Assembly: GCF_001194135.2 (NCBI RefSeq)
Contig: NC_068981.1
Span: forward strand, 149,153,822 to 149,217,821
Direction of reading: 5' to 3'
Length of the DNA stretch: 64,000 bases
DNA from: Octopus bimaculoides
Taxonomy: Eukaryota
Translations under genes and position numbers: made by a program
Notes under the pieces: generated by a model
Seen by the model: the letters and a program-made list of their open reading frames with translations, nothing else
What the model was told of the DNA's origin: nothing
Database searches by the model: none
Shown here: positions 62,828 through 64,000 of the stretch, in pieces
Layout: the number at the start of each line of letters is the position of its first letter
Numbering within the stretch: the first letter of the stretch is position 1

Positions 62828-63164
62828 GTATGTTTGTATCCAGCAATTTGTGTGTGTGTGTGTCTTTGTGTGTCTGTGTGAGACGAATGTGGGTTCAACA
62901 AAATACTCGTACACAGTTATTCGTTCAATGTTTTGTTGTATTTATGAAGAAAGTGTGATGGCGATGGTGCTGGTACTGGTGTTTTGATTTGCTGAACAGC
63001 CTGTACGATTAATATTATCATAGTAGTGGACCTAGTTTGTGTAGAGCTTGTGCCACTCTTTCGTCCTTCAGACTTGTATTGGTTTAGTACAACAATTACC
63101 GTGAGCCCGATAGTTAATGAAATGCTGGTATCGTATGGAGTTACCTTCTCTTAGAAGAACAGCT

Positions 63165-63360
63165 AAAGGGGTCATATCTCCTGAGGTGTTTATTAGTGAC
63201 ATTCTGGAGGCAATTTCATGACATGCTGGGACTTTTACTGAGACCCTATTAGGTGCTTCTATTCCCGGGTCAGAATAGACCTGGGAACAATAATGGTTAA
63301 GAGGTGATTCGACATTCCTTAAATCCTTAAATTTCCGAACCAGGGTCTCACTACTCATGA
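63165..63360. mobile_element. Old interspersed repeat (SINE-like)
   Basis: GACCCTAT.AGGTGCT.C.A.TCC.GGTCAGA.T.GACCTGGGA.CAAT motif, from pattern memory only. Confidence 0.35.
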
Positions 63361-63439
63361 TATATACACACATGTGTACACATATATATATAAGAATATA
63401 TTTATTTATTCACAAGAACTCATATTTATATATAAACAC

Positions 63440-63890
63440 CAGGCAGTGAGCTGGCAGAATCGTTAGAACGTCGGGAAAAATGCTTAGCGGCATTTTCTCC
63501 GTCTTTACGTTCTGAGTTCACATTCCACCGTGGTTGACTTTCCCTTTCATCCTTTCGGGATCGATAAAATACGTACCAGTTGAACACTGAGGATCGATGT
63601 AACCGACTTACTCCCTGTCCGTAAATTGCTGGCCTTGGGCAAAAATTTGAAATTAATATTAGAGTATGCATAAGGCGGCGAGCTGGCACAATAATTAGCA
63701 CGCCGGACAAAATGGCTAGTGGCATTTCATCCGTTTTCACATTCTGAGTTTCCTTTCTGCTGTGGCTGACTTCGCTTTTCATCCTTTCGAGATCGATGAA
63801 ATAAATACCAGTTGATCACTGGTGTCGAGGTGATCAACTTACTCCATCTTCGAAGTTGCTGGCCTTGTGTCAAAATTTGAAATCAATATT
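63440..63890 (+). mobile_element. Two tandem SINE family A copies (about 63440-63660 and 63675-63890)
   Basis: Each has a GAGCTGGCA.AAT head, a TTCTGAGTT B box, and a GGCCTTG...AAAATTTGAAAT.AATATT tail. Confidence 0.85.
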
Positions 63891-64000
63891 TATATATAAA
63901 TACTTTGACACATATACACACTGTTCACTTTAAATTCGTGCATCATGGTCAGTATGGTAAATAAATAGTCTTCAGAGCAACGAAATCACTGTCAATCTTT

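Overview
AT-rich animal genomic DNA from a gapped short-read assembly. The repeat content (tRNA-derived SINEs with internal microsatellites, dense (TA)n/(CA)n/(TACA)n arrays, TTAGGG-type repeats) resembles an octopus or other cephalopod genome; this is inference. I found no intact protein-coding gene, and almost all listed ORFs are microsatellite or N-gap artefacts. The window is a mosaic of SINEs, decayed LINEs (R4/Dong-like and CR1/Jockey-like), Tc1/mariner, pogo and hAT-like MITEs, and two non-autonomous elements with GGATC termini, 8-bp target duplications and internal telomere-like repeats. The main hidden structure is a set of about ten type I hammerhead-ribozyme (HHR) motifs from several different short elements that look like Penelope-like (pLTR) or retrozyme remnants. 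Some have an intact catalytic core (50897-50968 minus; both arms of a 400-bp palindrome at 53101-53501; 60857-60891; 61497-61552). One has a compensatory G3-C8 core swap (31215-31270). Several sit in inverted or foldback arrangements beside (TA)n tracts. All folds were derived by eye and none has been tested computationally or experimentally.
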